A program made the position numbers and the translations under genes. From Candidatus Aalborgicola lynettensis (lineage in GTDB: Bacteria; Pseudomonadota; Gammaproteobacteria; Burkholderiales; Burkholderiaceae_C), in NCBI GenBank assembly GCA_016719405.1, contig JADJZE010000019.1:13580-77579 (forward strand): a stretch of 64,000 nucleotides of DNA, in the 5' to 3' direction. Positions within the stretch are counted from its first letter, which is position 1, and the number at the start of each line of letters is the position of its first letter. Under the pieces are notes generated by a model. It did no database searches, had not been told where the DNA came from, and saw nothing but the letters and a program-made list of their open reading frames with translations. Positions 12,801 to 23,429 of the stretch are shown one piece after another.

Positions 12801-13919
12801 GGCCACCCGTGCAGCAAATTCATCCACGGTCTCGTCGGTACGCAGGGTTTGGGATATGTAGGCGCCCTGGTCCAGTTCGTTGGTATAGATGCACGGCAGA
12901 TCCTGAATGCCTGTCAGACGCAATTTCTTCAGCAAGGCATCGGTTAACTCTTCATTGGCCTTGGCAACAATCTCACCCGTGTCTTCATCAACCACATTGC
13001 GCGCTACGACGCGACCGATAAGAAAATCTTCGGGCACACTGATGTGCGTGGTGTCGGACTGCTCCAGTTCACGGGTATGGCGGGCTGTAACGCGCTTGTC
13101 TTTGGCGACAACCACCTTGCCACTCTTGTCGGTAATGTCAAAACGAGCCACTTCACCACGCAGACGTTCTGCAACAAACTCCATCTGCGCACCACTGTCC
13201 ATCAGGCGGAAGTTATCGTTGACGAAGAAGTTGGCCAGAATGGACTCGTTGGTCAAACCGATGGCCTTGAGCAGAATCGTAACGGGCATCTTGCGACGAC
13301 GGTCAACACGGAAATACAGCAGATCTTTGGGGTCGAACTCGAAGTCCAGCCAAGAGCCACGGTAAGGAATAATGCGAGCCGAGAACAACAACTTGCCCGA
13401 GCTGTGGGTTTTACCTTTGTCGTGTTCAAAAAAGACGCCAGGCGACCGGTGCAACTGTGACACGATCACACGCTCGGTGCCGTTGATGATGAACGAACCC
13501 TTGCCCGTCATCAACGGAACTTCACCCATATAAACTTCTTGCTCTTTGACCTCTTTGACTACCTTGTTTTGCGTCGTCGACGACTCACGGTCATAAATGA
13601 TCAACTGAACTTTGGCCCGCACAGCCGAAGCAAATGTCAAACCACGGGTCTGGCACTCACGGACGTCGAATCCCGGCTTGGCCAAGTTGTATTCGAGGTA
13701 CTTCATTTCGACAAATCCGTTGTGCGAAACGATCGGGAAAGCCGCTTCAAACGCTGCCTGCAACCCCTCAGATGTTCTCTTTTTGGGAGCTATGTCCGCC
13801 TGTAAAAATGCGGTATACGCATCTTTTTGCATTTGCAACAGGTAGGGAATTTCAAGCACGCTATCGCGACTACCGAAGTTTTTGCGTATGCGTTTGCGTT
13901 CTGTGTATGTGTAAGCCAT
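9807..13919 (-). CDS. rpoB: DNA-directed RNA polymerase subunit beta
   Basis: ORF 9807..13934. The canonical N-terminus [16 protein letters not shown] starts at ATG 13919. Confidence 0.99.
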   Translation of the reverse strand: MAYTYTERKRIRKNFGSRDSVLEIPYLLQMQKDAYTAFLQADIAPKKRTSEGLQAAFEAAFPIVSHNGFVEMKYLEYNLAKPGFDVRECQTRGLTFASAVRAKVQLIIYDRESSTTQNKVVKEVKEQEVYMGEVPLMTGKGSFIINGTERVIVSQLHRSPGVFFEHDKGKTHSSGKLLFSARIIPYRGSWLDFEFDPKDLLYFRVDRRRKMPVTILLKAIGLTNESILANFFVNDNFRLMDSGAQMEFVAERLRGEVARFDITDKSGKVVVAKDKRVTARHTRELEQSDTTHISVPEDFLIGRVVARNVVDEDTGEIVAKANEELTDALLKKLRLTGIQDLPCIYTNELDQGAYISQTLRTDETVDEFAARVAIYRMMRPGEPPTEDAVQALFQRLFYNPDTYDLSRVGRMKFNAKMGRSESTGPKVLTNEDILAVVKILVDLRNGRGDVDDIDHLGNRRVRCVGELAENQYRTGLARIEKAVKERLGQAEQEPLMPHDLINSKPISAALKEFFGASQLSQFMDQTNPLSEITHKRRVSALGPGGLTRERAGFEVRDVHVTHYGRVCPIETPEGPNIGLINSLALYARLNEYGFIETPYRRVVDAKITNEIDYLSAIEEGKYVIAQANAALDKDGKLTGDLVSAREKGESILVGAERVQYMDVSPAQIVSVAASLVPFLEHDDANRALMGANMSRQAVPILRPEKPFVGTGIERVAAVDSGTVVTATRGGVVDYVDATRIVIRVNDAEAQAGEVGVDIYNLIKYQRSNQNTNIHQRPIVKKGDRLAKGDVIADGASTDLGELALGQNMLVAFMPWNGYNFEDSILISERVVAEDRYTSIHIEELVVMARDTKLGSEEITRDIPNLSEQQLNRLDESGIIYVGAEVQPGDTLVGKVTPKGETTLTPEEKLLRAIFGEKASDVKDTSLRVDQGSQGTVIDVQVFTREGIPRDRRAQQIIDDELKRFRLDLNDQIRIVEADAFDRIEKLLVGKVANGGPQKLAKGTKIDKAYLASVERFHWFDIRPAEDEVASQLESIKNSLEQTRHSFDLAFEEKRKKLTQGDELPAGVLKMVKVYIAVKRRLQPGDKMAGRHGNKGVVSKIVPVEDMPYMADGTPCDIALNPLGVPSRMNVGQVLEVHLGWAAKGIGQRIGDMLQAEAKVAEVRGFMEKIYNGSGRKEELANLRDGEVFEMAANLAGGATFATPVFDGATEQEIRGMLELAYPDDIVKAKGLTTARTQAHLFDGRTGEQFERPTTVGYMHFLKLHHLVDDKMHARSTGPYSLVTQQPLGGKAQFGGQRFGEMEVWALEAYGAAYTLQEMLTVKSDDVQGRTKVYESIVKGEHSIEAGMPESFNVLVKEIRSLGIDIELERS

Positions 13920-14042
13920 TAGCTCTCCGGGCAAAGACTAAAGGAACCTGGGGGTCCTAGGCGACTGAGTTATTCTTGGCGATTGGCCACTACCAATCAC
14001 TGGCGGACGGCTGCGCATTGCACGCAACCCGTACCAAGGCAT

Positions 14043-14160
14043 CTTCTGCAGTCGGGGTCAGAAGACACTCAAAAGTGGCAATTCATCACTTTTGAGTGTG
14101 CACTAACTGCACATTTCACAAGCAGCAAAGGCTGGGAGCCCTTTTAAAGCATCCCAGCCC
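14043..14160 (-). promoter_or_regulatory. rplL-rpoB intergenic hairpin cluster (attenuator / processing-site candidate)
   Basis: Three hairpins. GGCTGGGA/TCCCAGCC (14130-14159) is followed by a U-rich tract on the minus strand. A perfect 13-bp inverted repeat ACACTCAAAAGTG/CACTTTTGAGTGT spans 14065-14099. CTTCTG/CAGAAG spans 14043-14064. E. coli has an attenuator and an RNase III site at this position. Confidence 0.5.
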
Positions 14161-14175
14161 AAGCGCGAAGATCGA

Positions 14176-14550
14176 TTACTTCAACTCAGCCTTAGCACCG
14201 GCTTCGACCAATTTCTTCAAAGCAGCCTCAGCATCAGCCTTGGAGATGCCTTCCTTGACGTTCTTGGGTGCACCGTCAACCAGATCCTTGGCTTCTTTCA
14301 AGCCCAGGCCAGTGATTTCACGCACGGCCTTGATTACGGATACCTTCTGGGCACCAGCGTCAGTCAACACCACGTTGAACTCTGTCTTCTCTTCGACAGC
14401 AGCAGCAGCACCGCCGCCACCAGCGGCAGGTGCCGACATAGCAGCTGCGCTTACCCCGAATTTCTCTTCGATGGCTTTCACCAAGTCGTTGAGTTCCATG
14501 ACCGTCATGCTATCCAGCGCGGTCAAAAATGCGTCTTTATCGAATGCCAT
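14176..14550 (-). CDS. rplL: 50S ribosomal protein L7/L12
   Basis: 124 aa, [33 protein letters not shown]... Confidence 0.98.
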   Translation of the reverse strand: MAFDKDAFLTALDSMTVMELNDLVKAIEEKFGVSAAAMSAPAAGGGGAAAAVEEKTEFNVVLTDAGAQKVSVIKAVREITGLGLKEAKDLVDGAPKNVKEGISKADAEAALKKLVEAGAKAELK

Positions 14551-14642
14551 TTTTATTTCCTACAGTTAGTTGAGGACAGAGCTTCGCTGCGCTCCGGACT
14601 GTCCCGCAATGTTTCACGTTTGTTACTACAGGCCGCGGGCAA

Positions 14643-15173
14643 TTACGCCGCAACTGCCTCAGCGGGTGCAGCTTCTTCTGCCGCACCTGCGCCCCGTTGT
14701 TCCGCCAGTGCGGCCAGCACACGGGCTGTACGCGAAATGGGGGATTGCATCAAGCCCAGCAACTGCGCCAACAACACTTCTTTGGAAGGGATGCTTGCGA
14801 GCTGTTTCACGCCGTTCACGTCCAGCGCTTTTCCGCCATACGCACCAGCCCGGATGACCAACTTGTCGTTGGTCTTCGCGAACTCTGCCACCACTTTTGC
14901 GGCGGCCACTGCGTCTTGAGAAAAGCCATAGATCAAAGGGCCAGTCATCTGGTCGGCGACGACTTCAAATGTGCTACCTGCAACAGCACGGCGAGCCAGG
15001 GTGTTTTTCAACACACTCAGCGTCACTCCGTTGCTGCGCGCGGCAATGCGCAATTTAGTCATGTCGGCGACCGTGATGCCACGGTACTCCGCGATCACGA
15101 GCGTTTGAGCTTTAGCGGCGAGGCTGGTCACATCACTGATGACCGCTTCCTTCTCACTGCGATTAAGACTCAA
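14643..15173 (-). CDS. rplJ: 50S ribosomal protein L10
   Basis: 176 aa, [15 protein letters not shown]..., located upstream of rplL. Confidence 0.97.
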   Translation of the reverse strand: MSLNRSEKEAVISDVTSLAAKAQTLVIAEYRGITVADMTKLRIAARSNGVTLSVLKNTLARRAVAGSTFEVVADQMTGPLIYGFSQDAVAAAKVVAEFAKTNDKLVIRAGAYGGKALDVNGVKQLASIPSKEVLLAQLLGLMQSPISRTARVLAALAEQRGAGAAEEAAPAEAVAA

Positions 15174-15442
15174 GGTCTACTCCTTTAAATGCGCTTGGCG
15201 GCATTTGCCACCTTACGCGCCACATTGCAGCGACCAACTGTTTACGAAACTTTCATTTCATCTGCAGCGGGATCGCCATCTGCGTTGGCTGGACACCGTG
15301 TGAACAGTGTGCCGGTTTAAGTACCTGTCTACATTGCTGAGACTGGCACACCAACGGTCTCGGATGGCCTGCGTCGGTCTTTCAACCGCTTACAGCCCAC
15401 CACATCGAAGCCACCTTTTGGGGCAGCTTCAAATTTTTGCGA
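15174..15442 (-). promoter_or_regulatory. rplJ 5' leader (expected L10-L12 autoregulatory region)
   Basis: A 269-nt untranslated gap lies between rplA and rplJ. Assignment is by position only; no structure model was run. Confidence 0.4.
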
Positions 15443-16138
15443 TTAAGCCGAGATGGACTGGAGATCCACGCGGACACCCACACCCATCGTCGAAGAAACC
15501 GCCACCTTGCGCAAATACAAACCCTTGCTTGAAGCGGGCTTGGCTTTGACCAGCGCATCCACTAAAGCGGCCAAGTTACCCTGCAACTGGGCGGACTCGA
15601 ATGAACGACGGCCAATGGTCGAATGAACGATACCGGCTTTGTCAACACGGAACTGGACCTGGCCAGCCTTGGCGTTCTTCACCGCAGTAGCAACATCAGG
15701 GGTCACGGTGCCAACCTTGGGGTTGGGCATCAAACCACGAGGTCCCAAAATTTGACCCAATGTACCCACAATACGCATGGCATCAGGGGCAGCAATCACG
15801 ATATCAAAAGGCATGTCACCGGCCTTAACCATAGCGGCCAAGTCGTCCATTCCAACGATATCAGCACCGGCAGCTTTGGCCTCTTCAGCTTTGGCACCCT
15901 GTGCAAACACCGCCACGCGCTTGGTCTTACCGGTTCCGTTTGGCAAAACTACAGCACCACGCACCACTTGATCCGACTTCTTGGCATCAATACCCAGTTG
16001 CACAGCCACGTCAATCGACTCGTCGAACTTGGCATTGGCAAACTCTTTCACCAGACCGAGCGCATCATTCAAACCATAAAGTTTGTTGTTATCAATCTTG
16101 CCCTGTTGGGTCTTTTGTTTTTTAGTGAGTTTGGACAT
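15443..16138 (-). CDS. rplA: 50S ribosomal protein L1
   Basis: 231 aa, [16 protein letters not shown]... Confidence 0.98.
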   Translation of the reverse strand: MSKLTKKQKTQQGKIDNNKLYGLNDALGLVKEFANAKFDESIDVAVQLGIDAKKSDQVVRGAVVLPNGTGKTKRVAVFAQGAKAEEAKAAGADIVGMDDLAAMVKAGDMPFDIVIAAPDAMRIVGTLGQILGPRGLMPNPKVGTVTPDVATAVKNAKAGQVQFRVDKAGIVHSTIGRRSFESAQLQGNLAALVDALVKAKPASSKGLYLRKVAVSSTMGVGVRVDLQSISA

Positions 16139-16570
16139 TTACAGGCCCTCCACATTCACACCCATGGATCGGGCAGTGCCAGCGATGGTACGAACGGCAC
16201 CGTCCAGATCGGCAGCGTTCATGTCTTTCATCTTGGTCTTGGCAATTTCTTCCAGTTGCGCGCGCGTAATCACGCCAACCTTGTCCATGTGCGGACGGGC
16301 AGAGCCCTTGTCTAACTTAATGGCTTTCTTGATCAACACCGTAGCAGGTGGTGTCTTGATGATGAAAGTAAAGCTCTTGTCGGCATACGCAGTAATCACC
16401 ACAGGCAAAGGCAGCCCTGGTTCAACACCCTGGGTCTGCGCATTGAATGCCTTGCAGAACTCCATGATATTCAAACCACGTTGACCCAAAGCGGGGCCGA
16501 TGGGGGGGGAAGGGTTGGCCTTACCTGCTGGTACTTGCAGCTTGACAAAACCGACGATTTTTTTCGCCAT
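16139..16570 (-). CDS. rplK: 50S ribosomal protein L11
   Basis: ORF 16139..16597. The canonical start [29 protein letters not shown] is at 16570. Confidence 0.98.
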   Translation of the reverse strand: MAKKIVGFVKLQVPAGKANPSPPIGPALGQRGLNIMEFCKAFNAQTQGVEPGLPLPVVITAYADKSFTFIIKTPPATVLIKKAIKLDKGSARPHMDKVGVITRAQLEEIAKTKMKDMNAADLDGAVRTIAGTARSMGVNVEGL

Positions 16571-16702
16571 GATTTCTCCTTGCGGGTGATAACGCATTGA
16601 TCTGCAACATTACAGACCGCAGCTCCCCGGGGTTAACGACTCTTCAAAAACATTTCGCACCGAATCGGGAAGCGCGAAACCAAGTTAAAACACAACCGGT
16701 AT

Positions 16703-17296
16703 CTAAGTTTTCTCAATCTGCGAAAACTCCAACTCCACAGGGGTCGAACGACCAAAAATAGTTACCGCCACGCGAACCTTGCTCTTCTCATAGTTCACAT
16801 CCTCTACAGAACCATTGAAGTCAGCAAAAGGGCCCTCTTTGACGCGGACAAATTCACCCACCACAAATTCAATTTTGTGCCGAGGCTTATCCGTCCCTTC
16901 TTGCATCTGATTGACGATTTTCATCACCTCAGATTCGGATATAGGTGCGGGGCGATTCTTTGCCCCACCAACAAAACCGGTGACCTTATTGGTGTGCTTG
17001 ACCAAATGCCATGTATCGTCATCCATGACCATCTCAACCAATACATAGCCAGGAAAAAACTTGCGCTCAGTGGTTCTTTTCTGGCCGTTTTTAACCTCAA
17101 CCACCTCCTCCATAGGAACCAGAATGCGACCAAATTTATCCTGCATGCCAGAGCGCGTAATACGCTCAAGAATATTGCGTTCTACGGCTTTCTCCATACC
17201 AGAATAGGCATGAACGACATACCAGCGCAGGTCAGGATTCGAGCCCGGCACAGGCGCGGACATCGAGATCACAGGGGTATCTACAGCATCCGTCAT
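16703..17296 (-). CDS. nusG: Transcription termination/antitermination factor NusG
   Basis: NGN and KOW domains ([14 protein letters not shown]...; [21 protein letters not shown]). ATG 17296 overlaps the secE stop by 1 nt (TAATG). The ORF-track start at 17308 is a GTG inside secE. Confidence 0.95.
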   Translation of the reverse strand: MTDAVDTPVISMSAPVPGSNPDLRWYVVHAYSGMEKAVERNILERITRSGMQDKFGRILVPMEEVVEVKNGQKRTTERKFFPGYVLVEMVMDDDTWHLVKHTNKVTGFVGGAKNRPAPISESEVMKIVNQMQEGTDKPRHKIEFVVGEFVRVKEGPFADFNGSVEDVNYEKSKVRVAVTIFGRSTPVELEFSQIEKT

Positions 17297-17679
17297 TATT
17301 TTTTCCACCCCAGGATCAAGTCATATAAAAACCACTCAAGCGTCTTGTCAGTCATCCACAAAAACATGGCCATAATCAACACGAACCCGAACACATAGGC
17401 CGTGATTTGGATAGCCTCCTTGCGAGCCGGCCAAACCACTTTGCGCACCTCACGCCACGCATCATGCCCAAACGCAACCAACTGCTTGCCGTGCTCAGAC
17501 ACAAGAAACACACCGGTCGCCGCAAGCAAACCCAAAATCAAGGCAAGCCACTGCACCCACTGCCCTTGCTTGGCCAACAAATAATACGCAACCAAGGCAA
17601 GAACCACCAACGCAGATGCCGCTGCAAGCTTCGCCTTATCCGCCCCAGTACTGACTGTTTGAACTTGTGATGTGGCCAT
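17296..17679 (-). CDS. secE: Preprotein translocase subunit SecE
   Basis: 127 aa with three hydrophobic helices, in the conserved position between tRNA-Trp and nusG. Confidence 0.9.
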   Translation of the reverse strand: MATSQVQTVSTGADKAKLAAASALVVLALVAYYLLAKQGQWVQWLALILGLLAATGVFLVSEHGKQLVAFGHDAWREVRKVVWPARKEAIQITAYVFGFVLIMAMFLWMTDKTLEWFLYDLILGWKK

Positions 17680-17785
17680 ATTGAGGTTTTCGTGGTGTAT
17701 TTCGATGTAATTTCTGGCAACCCAAGAAGGCGAAGCCCGCTAGAACCCTAGCAGGCTTAAAATCCACCTCGTCACATCACCATGG

Positions 17786-17861
17786 TGGCAGGGGCAGTAG
17801 GAATCGAACCTACAACCTTCGGTTTTGGAGACCGACGCTCTGCCAATTGAGCTATACCCCT
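17786..17861 (-). tRNA. tRNA-Trp (anticodon CCA)
   Basis: The reverse complement reads AGGGGTATAGCTCAATTGGCAGAGCGTCGGTCTCCAAAACCGAAGGTTGTAGGTTCGATTCCTACTGCCCCTGCCA. The cloverleaf and the CCA anticodon loop CTCCAAA were folded by eye. Confidence 0.95.
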
Positions 17862-17869
17862 ATAAATCC

Positions 17870-19060
17870 TTAAGCGATGATTTTGGCAACCACACCCGCA
17901 CCCACGGTACGACCGCCTTCGCGGATCGCGAAGCGCAGACCTTCTTCCATGGCGATCGGGTTGATCAGCTTCACCGTGATCGACACGTTGTCACCCGGCA
18001 TCACCATCTCTTTGCCTTCGGGCAACTCGATCGCTCCGGTCACATCCGTGGTACGGAAGTAGAACTGGGGACGGTAGTTGTTGAAGAAAGGCGTGTGACG
18101 GCCACCTTCATCTTTGGACAAAACGTAGATTTCGCCTGTGAAGTGGGTGTGGGGCTTGATGGAGCCGGGCTTGCACAGCACTTGGCCGCGCTGCACGTCT
18201 TCACGCTTGGTGCCGCGCAACAGGATACCGACGTTGTCGCCAGCTTGACCTTGGTCCAGCAACTTGCGGAACATTTCCACACCGGTACAGGTGGTTTTTT
18301 GGGTGTCTGCAATACCGACGATTTCGATTTCTTCGCCGACCTTGATGATTCCGCGCTCCACACGGCCGGTCACCACGGTACCGCGACCAGAGATGGAGAA
18401 CACGTCTTCCACGGGCATCAGGAACGCACCGTCAACAGCACGTTCTGGCAGAGGGATATACGTGTCCAATGCATCGGCCAGTTTCATGATGGCTTCTTCA
18501 CCCAAAGCACCCTTGTCGCCTTCCATGGCGAGCTTGGCAGAGCCGTGGATGATGGGGGTCTTGTCGCCTGGGAAGTCATACTTGTCGAGGAGTTCGCGCA
18601 CTTCCATTTCGACCAGTTCCAACAACTCAGCATCGTCAACCATGTCGCACTTGTTCAGAAACACGATGATGTAAGGAACACCCACCTGGCGAGCCAAGAG
18701 GATGTGCTCGCGGGTCTGGGGCATAGGGCCGTCAGCGGCAGAGCAAACCAGAATAGCGCCGTCCATTTGAGCTGCGCCGGTGATCATGTTCTTCACATAG
18801 TCGGCGTGTCCAGGGCAATCCACGTGGGCGTAGTGGCGGTTGGCGGTTTCGTATTCAACGTGGGCGGTGTTGATGGTAATGCCGCGTGCTTTTTCTTCAG
18901 GTGCAGCGTCGATCTGGTCGTAGGCTTTAGCCTGACCGCCGAATTTTTGCGCCAACACCGTGGTGATGGCCGCTGTCAGCGTGGTCTTGCCATGGTCAAC
19001 GTGACCGATGGTGCCCACATTGACGTGGGGCTTGGTACGCGTGAATTTTTCTTTTCCCAT
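17870..19060 (-). CDS. tuf: Elongation factor Tu
   Basis: 396 aa, [32 protein letters not shown]... Confidence 0.99.
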   Translation of the reverse strand: MGKEKFTRTKPHVNVGTIGHVDHGKTTLTAAITTVLAQKFGGQAKAYDQIDAAPEEKARGITINTAHVEYETANRHYAHVDCPGHADYVKNMITGAAQMDGAILVCSAADGPMPQTREHILLARQVGVPYIIVFLNKCDMVDDAELLELVEMEVRELLDKYDFPGDKTPIIHGSAKLAMEGDKGALGEEAIMKLADALDTYIPLPERAVDGAFLMPVEDVFSISGRGTVVTGRVERGIIKVGEEIEIVGIADTQKTTCTGVEMFRKLLDQGQAGDNVGILLRGTKREDVQRGQVLCKPGSIKPHTHFTGEIYVLSKDEGGRHTPFFNNYRPQFYFRTTDVTGAIELPEGKEMVMPGDNVSITVKLINPIAMEEGLRFAIREGGRTVGAGVVAKIIA

Positions 19061-19142
19061 TTTTCAGACTCCGAAAAGCAATGAGGTCAAACCAACAAAA
19101 ACACCATGCACGCGCCCAAAACAAAGACAGCAATGCAAAAAC

Positions 19143-19217
<75 letters not shown>

Positions 19218-19254
19218 AAAATCTTTCACAATAAAACCAACAATAAATCAACTA

Positions 19255-19328
19255 TGGAGCGGGGTAGGAGAATCGAACTCCTCGCTTTAGCTTGGAAGGC
19301 TAAGGTATTACCACTATACGAACCCCGC
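19255..19328 (-). tRNA. tRNA-Gly (anticodon TCC)
   Basis: The reverse complement reads GCGGGGTTCGTATAGTGGTAATACCTTAGCCTTCCAAGCTAAAGCGAGGAGTTCGATTCTCCTACCCCGCTCCA. Confidence 0.93.
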
Positions 19329-19361
19329 ATAGATTCGCCTTACCGACAATCGACTTATCAC

Positions 19362-19447
19362 TGGTGGAGAGGGCTGGATTCGAACCAGCGTACTCGTAAG
19401 AGGGCAGATTTACAGTCTGCTGCCATTAACCACTCGGCCACCTCTCC
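19362..19447 (-). tRNA. tRNA-Tyr (anticodon GTA), long variable arm
   Basis: The reverse complement reads GGAGAGGTGGCCGAGTGGTTAATGGCAGCAGACTGTAAATCTGCCCTCTTACGAGTACGCTGGTTCGAATCCAGCCCTCTCCACCA. Confidence 0.93.
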
Positions 19448-19461
19448 AAGGTGAACCCCGA

Positions 19462-19490
19462 ATTATGCCACGAAGTATTAGCCTTGTCAT
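19462..19490 (-). promoter_or_regulatory. Candidate sigma-70 promoter of the tRNA-tuf operon
   Basis: The minus strand reads ATGACA, a 17-nt spacer, then (TGG)CATAAT. The -10 element lies about 15 nt upstream of the tRNA-Tyr 5' end. Confidence 0.45.
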
Positions 19491-19533
19491 GACAGTGTCG
19501 AAGATTTTTTCTTTCTCGCCACGCAGTCCAGAT

Positions 19534-20310
19534 TCACCGCACCAGTGCGCCGTTTAGTGCATGCCGTTCCTTCCATGCCCGCGCCTGCGAAAAATGACCA
19601 CAACCGATGAAAGGCACGGGCGGACGCAATGCAGACAGCGGTGATGGATGGTTGGCAGTCAGCACCAGATGCCGCCCGGCGTCGATCAAGGTCCGTTTGC
19701 TCTGCGCATGCGCGCCCCACAACATAAACACTTTCGGTACGACGTCTTGCGACACGTGGCGAATCACGGCATCGGTCAACACCTCCCAGCCTTTGCCCGC
19801 ATGGCTGGCGGGCAGCCCTTCCTCCACCGTCAGGCAGGTATTGAGCAACAAAACACCCTGCTCTGCCCAGCGCACCAGACTCCCCCCCGGTTGCGGATGG
19901 GTTGGAAACGGCGTACCCAAATCGCGCTGCAGTTCCTTGAAAATGTTGCGCAGCGACGGCGGCAAGGCCACACCCGGTGCCACTGAAAAAGCCAAGCCCT
20001 CGGCCTGCCCTCTGCCGTGGTAAGGGTCTTGCCCCAAGATCACCACACGCACCGATTGCGGCGGCGTGAGTTGCAAAGCCCGCAAAGGCTGGGGTGGGAA
20101 AATCGTGGCCCCTGCGGCCAAGCGTTGCCGCAAAAAATCGAGCAACGACTGCCCGTTTGCCGACTGAAAAAAAGCATCCACCACGGGTTGCCAAGCCAAC
20201 GCAACCGGCCAATCCACCGGATTGGCTGCGGTTAACTGCCCGCTCTCTACCGGCACGGGCTCACCCACTGCGCCTTCAGACAAAACCTGCGTGTCGATTG
20301 GGCGCACCAT
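19534..20310 (-). CDS. ung: Uracil-DNA glycosylase
   Basis: Contains the GQDPYHGRGQAEGLAFSV motif and the C-terminal HPSPLSA motif. The start is set at ATG 20310 (MVRPID...) because the ORF-track start at 20433 would run into trpC. Confidence 0.9.
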   Translation of the reverse strand: MVRPIDTQVLSEGAVGEPVPVESGQLTAANPVDWPVALAWQPVVDAFFQSANGQSLLDFLRQRLAAGATIFPPQPLRALQLTPPQSVRVVILGQDPYHGRGQAEGLAFSVAPGVALPPSLRNIFKELQRDLGTPFPTHPQPGGSLVRWAEQGVLLLNTCLTVEEGLPASHAGKGWEVLTDAVIRHVSQDVVPKVFMLWGAHAQSKRTLIDAGRHLVLTANHPSPLSALRPPVPFIGCGHFSQARAWKERHALNGALVR

Positions 20311-20323
20311 AAAAACCAACCCC

Positions 20324-21112
20324 TCACGCAAACAAGGCCGCCAGCGCTTCGCCCGGCTCGGGCGCACGCATAAACGCCTCACCCACCAGAAACGTATGCA
20401 CGCCGGCGGAGCCCATACGCAACACATCGTCACGGGTCTGGATGCCGCTCTCGGTGACCAGAATTCGGTCTGCTGGAACTGCCGCGCGCAACGCCAAAGT
20501 GGTATCCAGATTCACCTCAAAGGTTTTCAGGTTGCGGTTATTGATACCCAGCAGCGGCGTTTTCAGCCTCAACGCGCGATCGAGTTCGGCACCGTCATGC
20601 ACCTCCACCAACACCGCCATATCCAACCCCAGGGCGATGGCCTCTAAATCCTTCATCTGCGCATCGTCAAGGCAGGCCGCAATCAGCAAAATGCAGTCGG
20701 CGCCCATGGCACGGGATTCGTAGATTTGGTACGCATCGACCATAAAGTCCTTGCGCAGCACCGGCAACTGGCACGATGCACGGGCTTGCTTGAGGAAGTC
20801 GGGCTCGCCCTGAAAAAACTGCCGGTCGGTCAGTACCGACAGACAAGCGGCACCGTTTTCGGCGTAGCTTTGGGCAATGTCGGCGGGAATAAAGTCGTCG
20901 CGCAACACCCCCTTGCTGGGGCTGGCCTTTTTGATCTCGGCAATCACCGCGGGTCGGCCCGCGGCGATCTTGGCGCGCAAGGCGCCCACAAAGTCCCGCG
21001 TCAGCACCCGGCTCTCGGCGTCGGCACGCACCAGCTCCAACGGTTTGCGCTTCAACGCGGCCGCCACTTCCTGGCGTTTCACGGCCACAATTTTGTCCAA
21101 AATATCACTCAT
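20324..21112 (-). CDS. trpC: Indole-3-glycerol phosphate synthase
   Basis: [16 protein letters not shown]...[13 protein letters not shown] 21112 is preceded by GAGGAA. The ORF-track start at 21124 is a TTG. Confidence 0.93.
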   Translation of the reverse strand: MSDILDKIVAVKRQEVAAALKRKPLELVRADAESRVLTRDFVGALRAKIAAGRPAVIAEIKKASPSKGVLRDDFIPADIAQSYAENGAACLSVLTDRQFFQGEPDFLKQARASCQLPVLRKDFMVDAYQIYESRAMGADCILLIAACLDDAQMKDLEAIALGLDMAVLVEVHDGAELDRALRLKTPLLGINNRNLKTFEVNLDTTLALRAAVPADRILVTESGIQTRDDVLRMGSAGVHTFLVGEAFMRAPEPGEALAALFA

Positions 21113-21247
21113 GTTCTTCCTCAAGGTTGGGAGACAGGGCCACTAATCTGCCCCCTCCATGCGTACATCGGCCAGGGACAGCGCCAGGGTTTGCCCGGCT
21201 AGCTTACCGGCCCACTGCGGGTCAGCCCAAAGATTGATCCCGCAAAA

Positions 21248-22282
21248 CTACGTTTTTGCGAGTTCGCCGGATCGTTGGATCAGCGCCTGCAGTTTGGCCT
21301 TGGCCGCTCCTGATTCAATAGCTGCTTGCGCACGCTCCATGCCGCCTACGATGCTATTGACCACATTGGCGGCGTACAGTGCAACGCCGGCATTCAGTAC
21401 CACAATGTCCTTGGCCACACCGGCCTGGTTATCCAGCACGCCCAGCAACATGGCCTTGGACTGCTCAGCAGTCTCCACCTTCAGTGCGCGGGTGCTGGCC
21501 ATGGTCAGGCCGAAGTCTTCCGGGTGGATTTCGTATTCGGTGACATCCCCATCTTTCAACTCCCCCACCAGCGTGGCAGCCCCCAGACTCACCTCGTCCA
21601 GGCCATCTTTGCCGTACACCACCAGGGCGTGTTCGGCGCCCAGGCGTTGCAGCGCGCGCACCTGAATACCCACCAGATCGGGGTGAAAAACCCCCATCAA
21701 GATATTGGGCGCACCGGCCGGGTTGGTCAGCGGCCCCAGAATGTTGAAAAGGGTCTTGATACCCAACTCACGGCGCACGGGGGCCACATTTTTCATGGCC
21801 GGATGGTGGTTGGGCGCGAACATGAAGCCCACACCCACGTCCTGCATGCACTGCGCAATGGCCGCCGGGGACAAGTTGATGTTGAGCCCCAGGGCTTCGA
21901 GCACATCGGCGCTGCCGCTTTTGCTGCTGACACTGCGCCCGCCGTGCTTGCTGACCTTGGCGCCCGCTGCCGCCGCCACAAACATGGCACAGGTGGAAAT
22001 GTTAAACGTGTGCGAACCGTCGCCGCCCGTGCCCACAATGTCCACCAGATGGTTTTTGTCCGCCACGTCCACCTTGGTGGAGAACTCGCGCATGACCTGC
22101 GCGGCGGCTGTGATCTCGCCAATGGTTTCTTTCTTGACGCGCAGGCCGGTGATGAGCGCCGCCATCATGACCGGCGACATCTCGCCCGCCATGATTTGGC
22201 GCATCAGGTGCAGCATCTCGTCATGGAAGATTTCGCGGTGTTCAATGACGCGCTGCAGCGCCTGCTGGGGGGTGATGGGCAT
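21248..22282 (-). CDS. trpD: Anthranilate phosphoribosyltransferase
   Basis: 344 aa containing [17 protein letters not shown] and [21 protein letters not shown]. Confidence 0.95.
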   Translation of the reverse strand: MPITPQQALQRVIEHREIFHDEMLHLMRQIMAGEMSPVMMAALITGLRVKKETIGEITAAAQVMREFSTKVDVADKNHLVDIVGTGGDGSHTFNISTCAMFVAAAAGAKVSKHGGRSVSSKSGSADVLEALGLNINLSPAAIAQCMQDVGVGFMFAPNHHPAMKNVAPVRRELGIKTLFNILGPLTNPAGAPNILMGVFHPDLVGIQVRALQRLGAEHALVVYGKDGLDEVSLGAATLVGELKDGDVTEYEIHPEDFGLTMASTRALKVETAEQSKAMLLGVLDNQAGVAKDIVVLNAGVALYAANVVNSIVGGMERAQAAIESGAAKAKLQALIQRSGELAKT

Positions 22283-22308
22283 GGGTTCTCCTCAGAATGG
22301 GGTTACAA

Positions 22309-22371
22309 GCTTTTTAGCCATTTCCGCACGCTGGACGTGCGCAAGCAGCTATAACTTTGATAGCAATCAGG
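22309..22371 (-). repeat. Two-hairpin dispersed repeat (family A), copy 1
   Basis: The reverse complement reads TTGCTATCAAAGTTATAGCTGCTTGCGCACGTCCAGCGTGCGGAAATGGCTAAAAAGC. It fills the trpG-trpD spacer and abuts the trpG stop. Confidence 0.75.
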
Positions 22372-22947
22372 TTACCGAAGGAAGTTCTGCAGCATGGCGT
22401 GCCCATGCTCGGTAAGAATGGACTCGGGGTGAAACTGCACCCCCTCCACGCGCACGGCGTCCGCCAGACCGGTGTGGCGCACGCCCATGATCTCACCGTC
22501 ATCGGTCCAGGCGGTAATGGCCAATTCTTTCGGGCAGGTCGCGCGCTCAATCGCCAACGAGTGGTAGCGATTGACCGTGAACTGCTGGGGCAGCCCGGCA
22601 AACACCCCCTCTTGCGTGGTGGTGATGACGCTGGTTTTGCCATGCATCAGCGCCTGCGCCCGGACGATCGTTCCGCCCAGTGCCGCGCCAATACTTTGGT
22701 GCCCCAAACACACCCCCAAAATCGGCAACTTGCCCATAAAGTGCTGGATGGCGGCCACCGAAATACCCGCCTCAGCCGGTGAACACGGCCCCGGCGACAC
22801 CACCAGCCGGTCCGGCTGGCGTGCGGCAATGCCCTCCACCGTGATTTCGTCGTTGCGAAACACCTCCACCTGCGCGCCCAACTCGCCAAAGTACTGGACG
22901 ATGTTGTAGGTAAAGCTGTCGTAGTTGTCGATCATCAGCAGTTTCAT
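22372..22947 (-). CDS. trpG: Anthranilate synthase component II (glutamine amidotransferase)
   Basis: 191 aa, [20 protein letters not shown]...[10 protein letters not shown]. The start overlaps the upstream stop (ATGA). Confidence 0.93.
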   Translation of the reverse strand: MKLLMIDNYDSFTYNIVQYFGELGAQVEVFRNDEITVEGIAARQPDRLVVSPGPCSPAEAGISVAAIQHFMGKLPILGVCLGHQSIGAALGGTIVRAQALMHGKTSVITTTQEGVFAGLPQQFTVNRYHSLAIERATCPKELAITAWTDDGEIMGVRHTGLADAVRVEGVQFHPESILTEHGHAMLQNFLR

Positions 22948-23429
22948 AATCCATTCCCTCCTGCGCTGGTCAGGTTGTGTACAGCGCCGCCCCCCAAGAG
23001 GCCGCTCGTTTCTTCGGATGACACGGCAGCGCTCGCGGCCCCGCTCTGCCCTTCGCCACGCAGGCGCGCGAATTCGCGGTGTTCAAAGTCAATGCACACC
23101 TCCATCAGGCTGCGGTAGATGGCCTCCAGCACCTCGGGCGAACCGCCCTCGGCCATGGCGCGTGCACGCACCCGGTCCACAATGGCCTGGATGCGACCTT
23201 CGTCGCGCACCTGGGAGGCGTTTTGTTTGATGCGGGCGGCCTGCGTCATGTAACCGGTGCGCTGCACCAGCAGCGGCACCAGAATGTCGTCCAGCGCGTC
23301 CACACAGCGGCGCACATCGGCCATGGTGGTGCAAGGCTGCACAGTGTGTATGGCCTGGTGCACGGGTAAACCTTCGCCCTGCGGGCTGCGGTGCGTACTG
23401 GCTTGGGGGTGGCCCGGCGCGGCGTTCAT
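22944..23429 (-). CDS. AroQ-type chorismate mutase-like protein
   Basis: 161 aa. The core [33 protein letters not shown]...[17 protein letters not shown]...[15 protein letters not shown] fits the AroQ helical-bundle pattern (from memory). It has ATGA overlaps with both trpE and trpG. Confidence 0.6.
   Translation of the reverse strand: MNAAPGHPQASTHRSPQGEGLPVHQAIHTVQPCTTMADVRRCVDALDDILVPLLVQRTGYMTQAARIKQNASQVRDEGRIQAIVDRVRARAMAEGGSPEVLEAIYRSLMEVCIDFEHREFARLRGEGQSGAASAAVSSEETSGLLGGGAVHNLTSAGGNGL

Noticed and set aside
17825-19084. 419-aa plus-strand ORF
   Set aside because: It is antisense to tuf. EF-Tu on the minus strand is unambiguous, and long antisense ORFs are expected at this GC content.
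21318-21336. AATAGCTGCTTGCGCACG inside trpD as another family A copy
   Set aside because: Only the ~17-nt core matches. The flanking GCTAT arm and the GCGCAA arm are absent, and the segment encodes the conserved TrpD C-terminus (..[10 protein letters not shown]..). It is probably coincidence.
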